This document shows positions 27,779 through 40,949 of a stretch of 64,000 bases of DNA, in pieces (within the stretch, counting starts at the first letter, position 1; every line of letters begins with the position of its first letter). The notes below the pieces were generated by a model. The model did not search any database and had not been told where the DNA came from. It saw nothing but the letters and a program-made list of their open reading frames with translations. Source of the DNA: Mobula hypostoma (taxonomy: Eukaryota); NCBI RefSeq assembly GCF_963921235.1, contig NC_086097.1, positions 147,996,001-148,060,000 on the forward strand, written 5' to 3'. The translations under genes were made by a program, and so were the position numbers.

Positions 27779-29001
27779 CAGCAGTCCCCAACCACCGGGC
27801 CACGGACCGGTACCGCGCCGCAAAGCATGTGCTACTGGGCTGTGAGGAAACAATATGATTTGGCGATAGGAGTCAGCTGCACCTTTCCTCATTCCCTGTC
27901 ACGGCCACTGTTGAGCTTGAACGCACACGAGGTCATTACCCACGCGTCATCCATGTCAGCGCGGGAAGGAGATCAACTCCTCGAGCTTGCAAATGACGGC
28001 GGGCTGAAAAGTATGTTTGACATAACATCTCTGCCAGTATTCCAGATCAAAGTCAAGGGTGAATATCCTGAGATAGCCACGAAAGCACTGAAAACTTTGC
28101 TTCCATTTCCAACATATCTCTGCAATGAATGCAAAGAAAACTAAATTGCGGAATAGACTTGACATAAGGAACCCCCTTCGAGTATCGCTGTCTCCCATCA
28201 CCCCTCGATGGCACCGTCTTGCTGCAGGGAAACAAGTATTCAGCCCAGGACTCCCACTGATTCAGCGATATTGGTGTGTTGCAATGATTGTATATGTTCA
28301 TACAGGGAAAGTATGTGCTGCGTGTTTAATATTCAAACGTTACTTGAAATGTTATGATGCTATTGACTTATAAGTGACTTTTATAACCATATAACAGTTA
28401 CAGCACGGAAACAGACCATCTCTGCCCTTCTAGTCCGTGCCGAACTCTACTCTCACCTAGTCCCACCGACCTGCACTCAGCCCATAACCCTCCATTCCTT
28501 TCCTGTCCATATACCTATCCAATTTTTCTTTAAATGATAATATCGAACCTGCTTCTGTCAGTTCTACTGGAAGTTCATTCAACACTTACTTCAAGCTCTC
28601 CTGTCCTCCCCCGATAATTGACTTATCACTATATTCATGCGAGGAAAATATGCGCTGTGTGTTTAATATTAAGTTCGTTAGATAAATCCTTTTAGAAATG
28701 AAACTGAGTGTATTAGGCACTTATCACCCATATTCCGGCCGTGATTTAACCCCCCTCACCCCCGAATAGAATCGCCAAAAACGATTTGTAGGGGAAATCG
28801 GCACGTACAAGTATGCGCACTGGTGCCCGCGCCAGGCTTCATGGTCATTGTAGTCTTTCTCGGGGTAAACACAACGTATTTGACTGCTACTCTTGTCCGT
28901 TGGCAACCCAACCCCAACCCCCACCCCCCAGGTCGGCCAGTACGCAAGAATATTGTCAATAATAAACCGGTCCGCGTTGCAAAAAAGGTTGGGGACCCCT
29001 G
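27779..29001. mobile_element. Non-autonomous hAT (Charlie/Buster-like), copy 2, opposite orientation to copies 1 and 3
   Basis: TIRs CAGCAGTCCCCAACC / GGTTGGGGACCCCTG; perfect 8-bp TSD ACATATAG (27771-27778, 29002-29009); transposase remnant in ORFs 27827..28144 and 28125..28373. Confidence 0.94.
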
Positions 29002-29836
29002 ACATATAGGCAAGACCAGTTAGATTTCCTTCACTATAAGATGTTGAAACAGATGGGTTTTGACAACAAATCAGCAGTTACCGAAATTAGAACGAGTGTT
29101 TATTTAGTGTTATGCAAATTAATCAGATATCTAAGTAGAATCAAACTAATGTTTCTAGATAAATATACCAGAATTCTGGTTATTAGTCCAATAACTTGAC
29201 CACTAGCCTGCAATAAACTACCAAAATGAAAAGAAAGCAATAATGCTGTTTCATAATGATCAGTGGAAATTCTCAATAGTTCCCTTCTTGAAACTTTCAG
29301 AAACATTGTTTCTTCACTAGAACACATACTTTTGGGGATTTGATTGCACTGCAATGATAAATTTTGTTTTACTACATACTTATTTAAAGATGACTTTAAG
29401 CCATAGTCCATCCAAAATTATAGTCTACAAACACTTAGCCATATGTTGTACTGACGGACTTCTCGTCTGTAATTAACTGGAGTGCAATGTTATTGAAGAA
29501 CATGTATTTTTCTATGAATCATTGCATGTAATATTTCTGTTAATATGCTGCCCAATGCTATTGGTATCTGATGATAAACTGAGTAATACAAGTTACTAAA
29601 TGATAGGATCAGAACAGTTGGTGTTGGAATACTTAATACTATACAATGTATTGTTGAGCCTATTTTTATTATAAATTCTTTACTTTTGTTGATATGCCCA
29701 AGTCAAAAAAATATGTGCAGCACTCTCATGTCAACCTTATTAGCAAGACTAGCTACAATTGAAGTCTGGCTATTAGACCCTAGAAATTTCTAGTGCAATC
29801 CTCATGTCATGTATGCTAATGTCTGGTTGTCTAGAG

Positions 29837-31022
29837 CAGAGGTCCCCAAACTTTTTTGCAACACGGCCAACCCGGGGGTTGGGGGGGGCGTGGGTAGGGT
29901 TGCCAACGGACAAGAGTAGCAGTCAAATATGTTGTGTTTACCTCGAGAAAGACTACAATGACCATGAAGCCTTGCACGAGCACCAGTGCGCATGCGTGAC
30001 TTGTGCATGTGCATACATGCTGATTTTTTTCCTACAAATCGTTTTTGGCGATTCTGTTCAGTGGGGGGGGGGTAATCACGACCGGAATATAGGTGATAAG
30101 TGGCTAATACACTCAATTTCGTTTCTAAAAGGGTTTATTTAATGAATTTAATATTAAACACACACCGCATATTTTCCTCGCATGAATATAGTGATAAGTC
30201 AATTATCGGGGGAAGACAGGGGAGCTTGAAGTAAGTGTTGAACGAACTTCCAGTACAAGTGGTAGAGGCAGGTTTGATATTATCATTTAAAGAAACATTG
30301 GATAGGTATATGGACAGGAAAGGAATGGAGGGTTATAGGCTGAGTGCAAGTCGATGGGACTAGGTGAGAGTAGCGTTTGGCACGGACTAGAAGGGCAGAG
30401 ATGGCCTGTTTCCGTGCAGTAAATGTTATATGGTTATATAAGTCACTTATAAGTCAATAGCATCATAACATTTTAAGTAACGTTTGGATGTTAAACACGC
30501 AGCACATATTTTCCCCGTATGAACGTATAAAATCATTGCAACACACCAATATCGCTGAATCAGTGGGAGTCCTGGGCTGAATACTTGTTTCCCTGCAACA
30601 AGACGGTGCCATCGAGGGGTGATAGGAGACAGCGATACTCGAAGGGGGTTCCTTATGTCCAGTCTATTCGGCAATTTAGTTTACGTAGCATTCATTGCAG
30701 AGATATGTTGGAAATGGAAATAACGTTTTCAGTGCTTTCATGGCTATCTCAGGATATTTAGCCTTGACTTTGATCCAGAATGCCAGCAGAGATGCTATGT
30801 CAAACATACTTTTCAGCCCGCCGTCAGTTGCAAGCTCGAGGAGTTGATCTCCTTCCCGCGCTGACATGGATGACGCACGGGTAATGACCTCGCGTGCGTT
30901 CAAGCTCAACAGTGGGTGTGACAGAGAATGAGGAAAGGTGCAGCTGACTCATATCGCCAAATCATATCTTTCCTCACGGCCCGGTAGCACATGCTTTGCG
31001 GCCCGGTGGTTGGGGACAGCTG
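29837..31022. mobile_element. Non-autonomous hAT (Charlie/Buster-like), copy 3
   Basis: TIRs CAGAGGTCCCCAAAC / GGTTGGGGACAGCTG; perfect 8-bp TSD GTCTAGAG (29829-29836, 31023-31030), fitting the Charlie NTCTAGAN preference. Confidence 0.94.
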
Positions 31023-31159
31023 GTCTAGAGCAGGAAATTTTACTAATGCTTAAGATGGCATTACCGAACATGTGAAACAGGTTCTCATAGTCAAAAGGAT
31101 GAGAAATCTGACTAAAAATATCACTGAGGTAAATTGTGTTAAATTATCACTGCAAACAG

Positions 31160-32022
31160 TGAAGGGGCGAGCGATGGCGAGGCGAGTTTGGGGGGATGAG
31201 CTGAGATGGTGTGTTGCAGAATCATTGTAGATGGAGTTCTGATCCCCATACAGCTGGCCTGGGAGCGAGGTTGGATCACTCTGGGTGCCGCAAGGAAAAA
31301 TCGGGGCCCAGGCTGAGAAGTCCAGATGCTCGTTCATCTGGCAGTGGTGTGAGGTTGGATTGCTCTGGACATCAGGCTGATTTGAAGTGCTGGAGAGCGG
31401 TTTCAGGCTGGGTGACAGAATCTGTGTCCAGAGCAGGTTGCTGGTCTAGGCCCTGAATCCTTCGCAGTAGCCAGGTCCTAGTGTGAGGTATGATTCACTG
31501 TTTAGACAATTTAACTGCCAACCCAGATGGGAGGCAAGAAGCGATTTCTCTCACTCTCTGCAATATTCACTCCTCTCTCCAGGGTGTGCAGCCTTTCGCT
31601 GTCTTGTTGTTGGGTTAATTTAAATGCCAGCCCAGATAGACGAAAATGCAGGGTGTCGGTCGGGACGAGAGTTGATTTCACTCATCTCCACAGTGGTCAT
31701 CTCCATGGTGCTGAGGCTATGAAGACTGCCCTGGCTGCTGTGGTCTGTGCCCACTAATATGATGAACTGATAAGCGAGGCTTTGGGCATACTCTGGGGTT
31801 CGAATCTGAGGACTCAGTTTTGGGTTGGAATGCTGTTGTTGTTTGCTTCAGTTGTTTGTATGATGTTTTTCTTTCTCTTGCACATCAAGTGTTGATCTTT
31901 TATTTATGTTTTTTTTAATTGGTTTCTTTTGGGTTTCTTGCTTTGTGGATCCCTGTGAGCAAGCAGATCTTAAGGTTGTATAATTTATATGTTCTTTGAT
32001 AATAAATGAATTTTGAACCTTA
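31160..32022 (+). mobile_element. Unclassified non-autonomous retroposon with a Rex/Babar-like 3' tail
   Basis: GC-rich head, TG-rich body, ends ...ggttgtataatttatatgttctttgataataaatgaattttgaacct, resembling the reverse complement of 13721-13800. Confidence 0.5.
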
Positions 32023-32544
32023 ATACATTTTAAGATCCTACCATAATACAAAAGAGCTTTGACTAATTGTTACATTGCTATTATTGATGGGTTTAAGCAT
32101 CAATCTCGCAATAGGAGACTATTCGAATGATAAGTGTGTTCCAAATGTTTACACTTCTTTGTCTTTCATGTGCAAGATAGCATTATTATAAAATTGAGAA
32201 TTGTGAAGTTGGACTAAACATTGGACATAAGAACTCTAGAAAATGTGATCATAATTCTTGCACATAATCAAGATGCAGGCCATTAGATTTTGTTTGAAAC
32301 CACCAACATTCAGTTGTTCAAACTGGAATATGTCCCTGCCTTGAAATCCATGTGAAACATGAACTTTGTACAATGCTGACAGGCTCTTTGTTTGAACTTG
32401 GCAAGATAAAATCTGTAGGAAATGCAGAAGACTGATATTGAAGAGGAAAATTATAAGACCTTGTTTTGGAAGCAAATACAGGTGGAGTAGTGTGTAGGAA
32501 GACTTAAGGAAGAATGATAACAAAATGAGTAGCTGCCACTTGTA

Positions 32545-35500
32545 AAGCTGAAGTAGGTAATAGAGGCAGCAGTTAGGGCAGTTGAGTGCTCCGTTTGCAG
32601 TATGTGGGAAGTCAGGGCGAGCACAATTGTCCCTGATGACTACACCTGCAAAAGGTGCATCCAGCTGCAGCTCCTGACAAACTGAGTTAGGGAGCTGGAG
32701 CTGGATGAACTTTGGATCATTCGGGAGGCAGAGGCAGAAATTAACAGGAGTTACAGAGAGATAGTCACCCCTGAGAGTCAGGAGACAGGTAGCTAGATGA
32801 CTGTCAGGAGAGGGAAGGGGAATAGACAGAATGAGCAGAGCACCCCTGTGGCTGTTCCCACCAATAATAAGTATATCATTTTGGATACTGTTGATGGGGA
32901 CGACCTACCAGGGACAAGTTACAGTGGTTGCATCTCCAGCACCGAGACTGGACCGTCAGCTCAGAAGGGAAGGAGGGAAAAGAGGAGAGCAGTAGTGATA
33001 GGGGATTCGATAGTTAGGGGGACAGATAAGAGGTTCTGTGGAAGAGATCGAGAATCCCGGATGGTCTGTTGCCTCCCTGGTGCCAAGGTCTGCGATATCT
33101 CAAATCGAATTCTCAGTATTCTCAAGAGGGATGGTGAGCAGCCAGATGTTGTGGTCCATGTAGAGACCAATGACATGGGTAGGAAGAGTGAAAGGTGAGT
33201 TCAGGGAGTTAGGCGCCAAGTTAAAGGACAGGACCTCCAGGATAGCAATCTCAGGATTGCTACCGGTGCCACGTGCAGGTGGGTTTAGAAATAGTAAGAT
33301 AGCGCAGATCAACACGTGGCTGAAGACATGGTGCAGGAGGGAGGGCTCCAGATTTATAGATAATTGGGCAGTTTTCCGGGGAAGGTGGGACCTGTTCCAG
33401 CAGGACGGTTTACATCTGAACTGGAGGGGGACAAATATTCTTGCAGGTGGGTTTGCTAGAGAAGCTGCAGTGGATTTAAACTAGATACAAGGGGGGAGGG
33501 CAACTAGAGTGTAGGAACAGATGTAGGGGAGAAGGAAGAAAAAGAAGGCAGTAAAGTTGTTTGCACCGTTAGTGATAAACAGAGAGTAAGAGGTGGAAAA
33601 TTTCTTAAATGCATTTACTTTAATGCTAGGAGCATTGTAAGAAAGGTGGATGAGCTTAGAGCATGGATTGATACCTGGAAGTATGATGTTGAAGCTATTA
33701 GTGAAACATGGTTGCAGGAGGGGTATGATTGGCAACTAAACATTCCTAGATTTCGTTGCTTCAGGTGTGATAGAATCGGAGGGACAAGATGGGGAGGTGT
33801 TGCATTGCTTGTCAGAGAAAATATTACAGCTGTGCTCTGGCAGGATAGGTTATAGGGCTCATCTAGGGAGTCTATTTGGGTGGAATTGAGGAATGGGAAA
33901 GGTGTTGTAACACTTATTATAAGGGGTGTATTATAGACCACCTAATGGGGAGCGAGAATGGGAAGAGCAAATTTGTAAGGAGATAGATATTTGTAGTAAG
34001 CGCAAGGTTGTCATTGTGGGAGATTTTAATTTTCCACACATAGACTGGGAAACCCATACTGTAAAAGAGCTGGATGGTTTGGAGTTTGTAAAATGTGTGC
34101 AGGATAGTTTTTTGCAGCAATACATAGAGGTACCAACTAGAGAAGGGGCAGTATTGGATCTCCTGTTAGGGAATGTGATAGGTCAGGTGACAGAGGTATG
34201 TGTTGGGGAGCACTTCGGGTCCATTGATCACAATGCCATTAGTTTCAATATAATTAAATGGAGAAGGATAAGTCTGGACCCAGGGTTGAAATTTTTGATT
34301 GGAGAAAGACTAACTTTAAAGAGATGCGAAAGGATTTAGAAGGAGTGGAATGGGACAAATTGTTTTATGGGAAGGATATAGAGAAATGGGGGTCATTTAA
34401 AGGTGAAATTTTGAGGGTACAGAATCTTTATGTTCCTGTTAGTTTGAAAGTTTGAGAAAGCCAAGGTTTTCAAGGGATATTGGAAACTTGGTTCGGAAAA
34501 AGAGAGATATCTACAATAAATATAGGCAGCATGGAGTAAATGAGGTGCTCAAGGAATATAATGAATGTAAAAACAATCTTAAGAAAGAAATTAGAAAAGC
34601 TAAAAGAAGATACAAGGTTGCTTTGGCAAGTAAGGTGAAAATAAATCCAAAGGGTTTCTACAGTTATACTAATAGCAAAAGGATAGTGAGGAACAAAATT
34701 GGTCCCTTAGGGAATCAGAATGGACAGCTATGTGTGGAACCAAAAGAGATGGGGGAGATTTTGATCAATTTCTTTTCTTTGGTATTCACTAAAGAGAAGG
34801 ATATTGAATTGTGTAAGGTAAGGGAAACAGGTAGGGAAGTTATGGAAACTATGATGATTAAAGAAGAGGAAGTATTGGCGCTTTTAAGGAATATAGAAGT
34901 GGATAAGTCTCCGGGTCCTGACAGGATATTCCCTAGGACCTTGAGGGAAGTTAGGTCAAAAATTCCAGGGGCTCTGACAGAAATATTTCAAATGTCATTA
35001 GAAATGGGGATAGTGCCGGAGGGTTGGCGTATATATAATTATCTGGATAGACAGGATCTGATTAGGAACAGTCAACATGGATTTATGCGTGGAAGGTCGT
35101 GTTTGACAAATCTTATTGAATTTTTTGAGGAGGTTACTAGGAAAGTTGACATGGGTAAAGCGGTGGATGTGGTCTATATAGACTTCAGTAAGGCCTTTGA
35201 CAAGGTTCCACACGGAAGGTTAGTTAGGAAGGTTCAATGGTTAGGTATTAATATTGAAGTAGTAAAATGGATTCAACAGTGGCTGGATGGGAGACACCAG
35301 AGAGTAGTGGTGGATAACTGTTTGTCAGATTGGAGGACGGTGTGTAGCAGTGTGCCTCAGGGATCTGTACTGGGTCTAATGTTGTTTGTCATTTACATTA
35401 ATGATCTGGATGATGGGGTGGTAAATTGGATTAGTAAGTATGCAGATGGTACTAAGATAGGTGGCGTTTTGGATAATGAAGTAGGTTTTCAAAGCTTACA

Positions 35501-36362
35501 GGGAGATTTAGACCAGTTAGAAGAGTGGGCTGAAAGTTGGCAAATGCAGTTTAATGCTGATAAGTGTGAGGTGCTACATTTTGGTAGGACTAATAAAAAT
35601 AGGACATACATGGTAAATGGTAGGGCATTGAAGAATGCAGTAGAACAGAGGGATCTAGGAATAATGGTGCATAGTTCCCTGAAGGTGGAATCTCATGTTG
35701 TGGATAGGGTGGTGAAGAAAGCTTTTGGTATGCTGGCCTTTATAAATCAGAGCATTGAGTATAGGAGTTGGAATGTAATGTTGAAATTGTACAAGGCATT
35801 GGTAAGTCCAAATTTGGAGTATTGTGTACAGTTCTGGTCACCGAATTATAGAAAAGATGTCAACAAAATAGAGAGAGTACAGAGAAGATTTACTAGAATG
35901 TTACCTGGGTTTCAGCACCTAAGTTACAGAGAAAGGTTGAACAAGTTGGGTCTTTATTCTTCGGAGCATAGAAGGTTGAGGGGGGACTTGATAAATGTAC
36001 TTAAAATTATGAAGGGGATGGATAGAGTTGGCGTAGATAGGCTTTTTACATTGAGAGTAGGGGAGATTCAAACAAGAGGACATGAGTTGAGAATTGGGGG
36101 GCAAAAGTTTAGGGGTAACACGAGGGGGAACTTCTTTACTCAGAGAGTGGTAGCTGTGTGGAACGAGCTTCCAGCAGAAGTGGTAGAGGCAGGTTCGATA
36201 TTGTCATTTAAAGTAAAATTGGATAGCTATATGGAATGGAAAGGAATGGAGGGTTATGGGCTGAGTGCAGGTCGGTGGGACTAGGTGAGAGTAAGCATTC
36301 GGCATGGACTAGAAGGGCCGAGATGGCCTGTTTCTATGCTGTAATTGTTATATTTGTTATAT
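32545..36362 (+). mobile_element. Near full-length CR1 LINE: ORF1 (zinc finger and SGNH esterase) and ORF2 (APE and RT), pseudogenised
   Basis: ORF1 from about 32560: VECSVCSMWEV...YTCKRCIQLQLL, RAVVIGDSIVRGTD, DGLHLNWRG. ORF2 pieces: YFNARSIVRKVDEL, ISETWL, YYRPPN, IVGDFNFP, 610-aa ORF 34452..36284. Tail (TTGTTATA)-like repeats. Several stops, frameshifts and a deletion near 35030. Confidence 0.96.
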
Positions 36363-37244
36363 AAGGAACAGAATGGTCAGCAGTCAGGTGCAAAGTATTA
36401 ATATGTTTTGAGGTTATGGCAAGTTACGGCAAATTTTGGCAGAAGGAAAGGAATAGTAAGAGAATAGAGGGACAATTTGTTTGAAATGTTGAACTTTTGG
36501 TAATAAAAGTGAGCTTACTGTTGAGTAGCAACAGCCTCAACCCTCTGTTTACGGTGACAGCCAAGAGAGCTGGTCATTGTAAAAGGCAGTGGGAGATTCC
36601 TTGTGTGGGTCAAATAACACTAGACATCAAATGGACGATGGATGAATAAAGGAGGGAGAAAGATGAAACTATAGCTCTGTTTCTTCCTCTCTTGATAGAT
36701 GCAGTATCTCCAGCAACTCAGAAGTTATCTTTTGTCATTGAAACTATTCCTTGTTTTTGGATAATACTTCCTTGTAGGCATTTTAAAAGAGGAGACCAGA
36801 GACAGAACACTAAAATGTGTTTTCTTTCCTTTTACAATCGACAGGATGTAAAACTACATGCTCAGTGTCTCTCAGTCATTATTTCTCGATTTACTTCATC
36901 TATCCTTATGCAAGTGTTTACTACACATTGAGCCTTCCCCTTTGAGCTTGATTCTTTATGCCTAAAGTTCAAAGAATGTCAATGTTACTGAAATAGCACG
37001 AGGTGTCAACAAATCATAAGAGTTTCACAACCGACATTCATGTTTTAGGATTTACAAATAATTGCACAGGAACAATGTTGTGCAAAACATGTTAGTAATA
37101 AGAACTGCGATGTAATATATTAGTGGCTTAAATTCATGATGTTACCAAAGTTCTTTCTTCAAAGTACCGCATCATGTCAAAAAATTTTCTAAATACTTGA
37201 TTGTTATGACCACTTGTGATCTTGCGATGATTGTCACTCAACAA

Positions 37245-38165
37245 CCAACACACCTAAGGATGAGCTGGTTGCCACACATTTCAGTGCCAACATAGCATGT
37301 CCACAATGCTTGGCACAACAAGCAACAAAACATCAACAGCAAAACAAGACCTATTCTTCCTTCCCTCCCACCCACGCACATACACGGTCCTCTAACCCCA
37401 AGAATCTTTGAATCTGGCGGACCAAAATTCAGACTCGGTCACGCAGATATTTGGCCTTTAACTGCCTCAGAGGACTCGCAGAGATTCACAGACCCAGAAC
37501 TCTGACAAATGAGCATCAACTTCTGGACTTCTGATTTGACCCTTGGACCTCAATACCCAGCCAGCATCGACCCCAGGACCTGACGATCACCATACACTGG
37601 GTTTTAAACTCCAGACTCTCAGGTGTCAGGACCCGAACAGTAGACCTCAACTCCGGACCCACTGACTGGCAAACCACATTTGGATCTCATTCCTCTTACC
37701 CTCATGGAACACCAAATCTGGAACCAGCCAATAACATGTTGACTCTACCAAACTTCAGGTTAGGTAGATTTTTGCATAGTAGGGGAATTGGGGGTTATGG
37801 GGAAAAGGCAGGTAGCTGGAAATGAGTCCATGGCCGGATTCAGCCATGATCTTATTGAATGGCGGAGCAAGTTTGATGGGCCAGATGGCCTTCTCCTGCT
37901 CCTATTTTTCCATCCACATTGGTCTGCCAATATAACATCTGCTGGACGGCACGATCACAGATGTTGCATCGCTGGCCTTCAAATGTGAAATGGAGGCTTA
38001 AGACTTCGGCCTGTCCTTGTTTAAGACAAGGATTTACCCACATCCTTGTCTTAAACCTTAACCTGGCCTGTGACTACCCCTCTGCCCCTAAATTCAACCC
38101 CACAAACCCAAAAATTCCAGTAAGCAGTAACTGAACTGAGCCAAGACAGCTCGAGACCATCTTGA
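37245..38165 (-). mobile_element. Unclassified non-autonomous retroposon (same family as 50690-51040), containing a CR1 3' tail at about 37757-37905
   Basis: 37245-37380 is the reverse complement of the TG-rich segment at 50807-50970; minus strand begins near CAAGATGG at about 38164. Confidence 0.45.
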
Positions 38166-38602
38166 ACCTATTCCTGACAGGCCCTGCTCACTTTTTCTTG
38201 TAGTTATTCACCCTGATGAGACTTTGCTAAATTGAAGAAACCGGCTTATGAACTTACAATTTAAATAGCTTTTGACTGAGCTGAAATATTTTCAATCCAA
38301 ATCTTTGGCAGTTTCTTTCCTCCCACTGGCGCTTCTCAATCTGTTGAGTTCCTCTAGAAGATTGTGTGTTGCTCTACATTCCAATATTTCAAGTCTCCGC
38401 TCTGAAAGTTTTCTTTGTTGTGGCCACAGATTTACAGATTTTACAAAACCATGAATTTTCATTTCCAAACTGCTGACAAATTTCAGCCAATATGTAGAGT
38501 AAGCCTAAATTTGATTCCTTTAGTTGTCATAAATCAGGAGCCTTGATGAAGACTGAATAAGAGCTATGAAATATATAAATTGTCTGAAACCCTGCATTAC
38601 AG

Positions 38603-38980
38603 AGTCAGAATGAGGTTTATCATGACTGATATATGTAGTGAAACTTGTTGTTTTGCAACAGCAGTACAGTGGAAAGACATGAAATTACTTTAAATCACAA
38701 ATTTTAAAAATCATGCAAAAAGAGGAACAATGAGGTAGTATCAGTGGACTGTTAGGAAACCTGATACCGGAGGGAAAGAAGTTGTTTTTGAATCACTGAA
38801 TGTGGGATTCAGACATAAAATTTACCATAAATTATTACAAAAAATAAATAGTACAAAATATGAACAGCAAGGTAGAGTTTATAGTTTTATGAACCGTTCA
38901 GAAATCTGATGACAGAGGGGAATGAGCTATTCTTAAAATGTTCTGTATGGGTCTTCAGGTTTCTGTACCTTCTCCCCAAT
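38603..38980 (-). mobile_element. Rex/Babar-like LINE 3'UTR fragments
   Basis: agtcagaatgaggtttatcatgactgat... is the reverse complement of a LINE tail ending ...taaacctcattctgact; similar fragment at 57404-57670. Confidence 0.55.
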
Positions 38981-38990
38981 GCTAGGATAC

Positions 38991-39198
38991 CAGGGGTCCC
39001 CAACCTTTTGCGCACTGCGGACCGGTTTAATATTGATGATATTCTTGCGGACCGGCCAACGGGGTGGGGGGGCGGTGTTCAAGTTCAACAGTATGTGACA
39101 GGGAATGAGGAAAGGTGCAGCTGATTCATATCACCAAATCATATCGTTTCTGCGTGGCCCGGTAGCACATGCTCGCTAAAGGTGGTTGGGGACCACTG
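38991..39198. mobile_element. Internally deleted 208-bp MITE of the same hAT family
   Basis: TIRs CAGGGGTCCCCAACC / GGTTGGGGACCACTG; 8-bp TSD TAGGATAC / TAGTATAC (7/8). Confidence 0.88.
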
Positions 39199-39340
39199 TA
39201 GTATACCATAACCATTAATTCAAATATCAACATTAACTGCACATACACAAGGAAATCTGCAGATGCTGGAATTTCAAGCAACACACATCAAAGTTGCTGG
39301 TAAACGCAGCAGGCCAGGCAGCATCTCCAGGAAGAGGTAC

Positions 39341-39376
39341 AGTCAACGTATCGGGCCGAAACCCTTCATCAGGACT
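39341..39376 (-). ncRNA. Minimal hammerhead motif, core mutated (GAAAC to GAUAC)
   Basis: Minus strand AGTC-CTGATGA-AGGGTTTCGGCCC-GATAC-GTT-GACT. Confidence 0.6.
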
Positions 39377-40166
39377 AACTGAAAGAAGAGCTAGTGAGAG
39401 ATTTGAAAGTGGGAGGGGGAGATCCGAAATGATAAGAGAAGACAGGAGGGGGAGGGATGGAGCCAAGAGCTGGACAGTTGATTGGCAAAAGGGATATGAG
39501 AGGATCATGGGACAGGAGGCCTAGGGAGAAAGAAAAAGGGGAGGGGGGGAAAAACCCAGAGGATGGGCAAGGGGTATAGTGAGAGGGACAGAGGGAGAAA
39601 AAGGAGAAAGAAAAAGAATGTGTGTATATAAATAAAATAACAGATGGGGTATGAGGGGGAAGTGGGGCATTAACAGAAGTTTTGAAGTCAATGTTCATGC
39701 CATCAGGTTGGAGGCTACCCAGATAGAATATAAGGTGTTGTTCCTCCAACCTGAGTGTGGCTTCATCTTGACAGTAGAGGAGGCCGTGGATAGACATATC
39801 GGAATGGGATCTCCCAGTAGCCTCCAACCTGATGGCATGAACATCGATTTCTCAAACTTCCACTAATGCCCCTCCTCCCCCTCGTACCCCATCTGTTATT
39901 ATTTATTTATATACGCACATTCTTTTTCTCCCTGTCCTTTTTCTCCCTCTGTCTCTCTCACTATACCCCTTGCCCATCCTCTGGGCTTCCCCTCTCCCCC
40001 TTTTTTTTCTCCCTAGGCCTCCTGTCCCATGATCCTCTCATATCCCTTTTTGCCAATCAACTGTCCAGCTCTTGGCTCCATCCCTCCCCCTCCTGTCTTC
40101 TCCTATCATTTTGGATCTCCCCTCCCCCTCCCAATTTCAAATCTCTTACTAGCTCTTCTTTCAGTT

Positions 40167-40202
40167 AGTCCTGACGAAGGGTCTCGGCCCGAAACGTCGA
40201 CT
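40167..40202 (+). ncRNA. Minimal type I hammerhead ribozyme, intact core, sense to ZC3H3
   Basis: AGTC-CTGACGA-AGGGTCTCGGCCC-GAAAC-GTC-GACT. Stem I AGUC/GACU, stem II GGGU/GCCC, palindromic ACGU in place of stem III; predicted cleavage after C40198. Confidence 0.85.
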
Positions 40203-40627
40203 GTACCTCTTCCTAGAGATGCTGCCTGGCCTGCTGTGTTCACCAGCAACTTTTATGTGTGTTGCTTGAAATTCCATCATCTTTCCTCGTGTTTACAACT
40301 TTTCTTAAATAAGGGGCCCAAAACTGCTCATAATACTCCATGTTTGGTCTGACCAACGCCTGTGGCATGGTAGCACTATGGTTAGCACAATGTTTTACAG
40401 CATCACTGACTTGAGTTCAATTCCTGCTGCTGCCTGTGAGGAATTTATATGTTCTCCTCATGATTGCATCAGTTTCCTCCAGGTGCTTCGGTTTCCTCCC
40501 ACAGTCCAAAAACATGCAGGTTAATAGGTTAACAACAGGAATTCTGCAGATGCTGGAAATTCAAGCAACACACATCAAAGTTGCTGGTGAACGCAGCAGG
40601 CCAAGCAGCATCTATAGGAAGAGGCGC

Positions 40628-40663
40628 AGTCGACGTTTCAGGCCGAGACCCTTCGTCAGGACT
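40628..40663 (-). ncRNA. Minimal type I hammerhead ribozyme in the PLE 3' repeat, intact core
   Basis: Minus strand AGTC-CTGACGA-AGGGTCTCGGCCT-GAAAC-GTC-GACT; predicted cleavage after the C at 40632. Confidence 0.85.
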
Positions 40664-40949
40664 AACTGAAGGAAGAGTGAATAAGGGATTTGAAAGGGGG
40701 AGGGGGAGATGCAAAATGATAGGGGAAGACAGGAGGGGGAGGGATAGAGCCGAGAGCTGGACAGGTGATAGGCAAAAGGGGATACGAGAGGATCATGGGA
40801 CAGGAGGTCCGGGAAGAAAGACGGGGGGGGGTGACCCAGAGGATGGGCAAGAGGTATATTCAGAGGGACAGAGGGAGAAAAAGGAGAGTGAGAGAAAGAA
40901 TGTGTGCATAAAAATGAGTAACAGATGGGGTACGAGGGGGAGGTGGGGC

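Larger units (their letters stand above)
39245..40293. mobile_element. Inverted pair of PLE 3' ends forming a long inverted repeat
   Basis: 39245-39808 is the PLE 3' end on the minus strand (HGLLYCQDEATLRLEEQHLIFYLGSLQPDGMNIDF); about 39817-40293 is the same end on the plus strand. Confidence 0.9.

Noticed and set aside
27827..28373. Domesticated ZBED5/SCAND3-like host gene
   Set aside because: Short frameshifted transposase remnant repeated in three TIR- and TSD-bounded copies.
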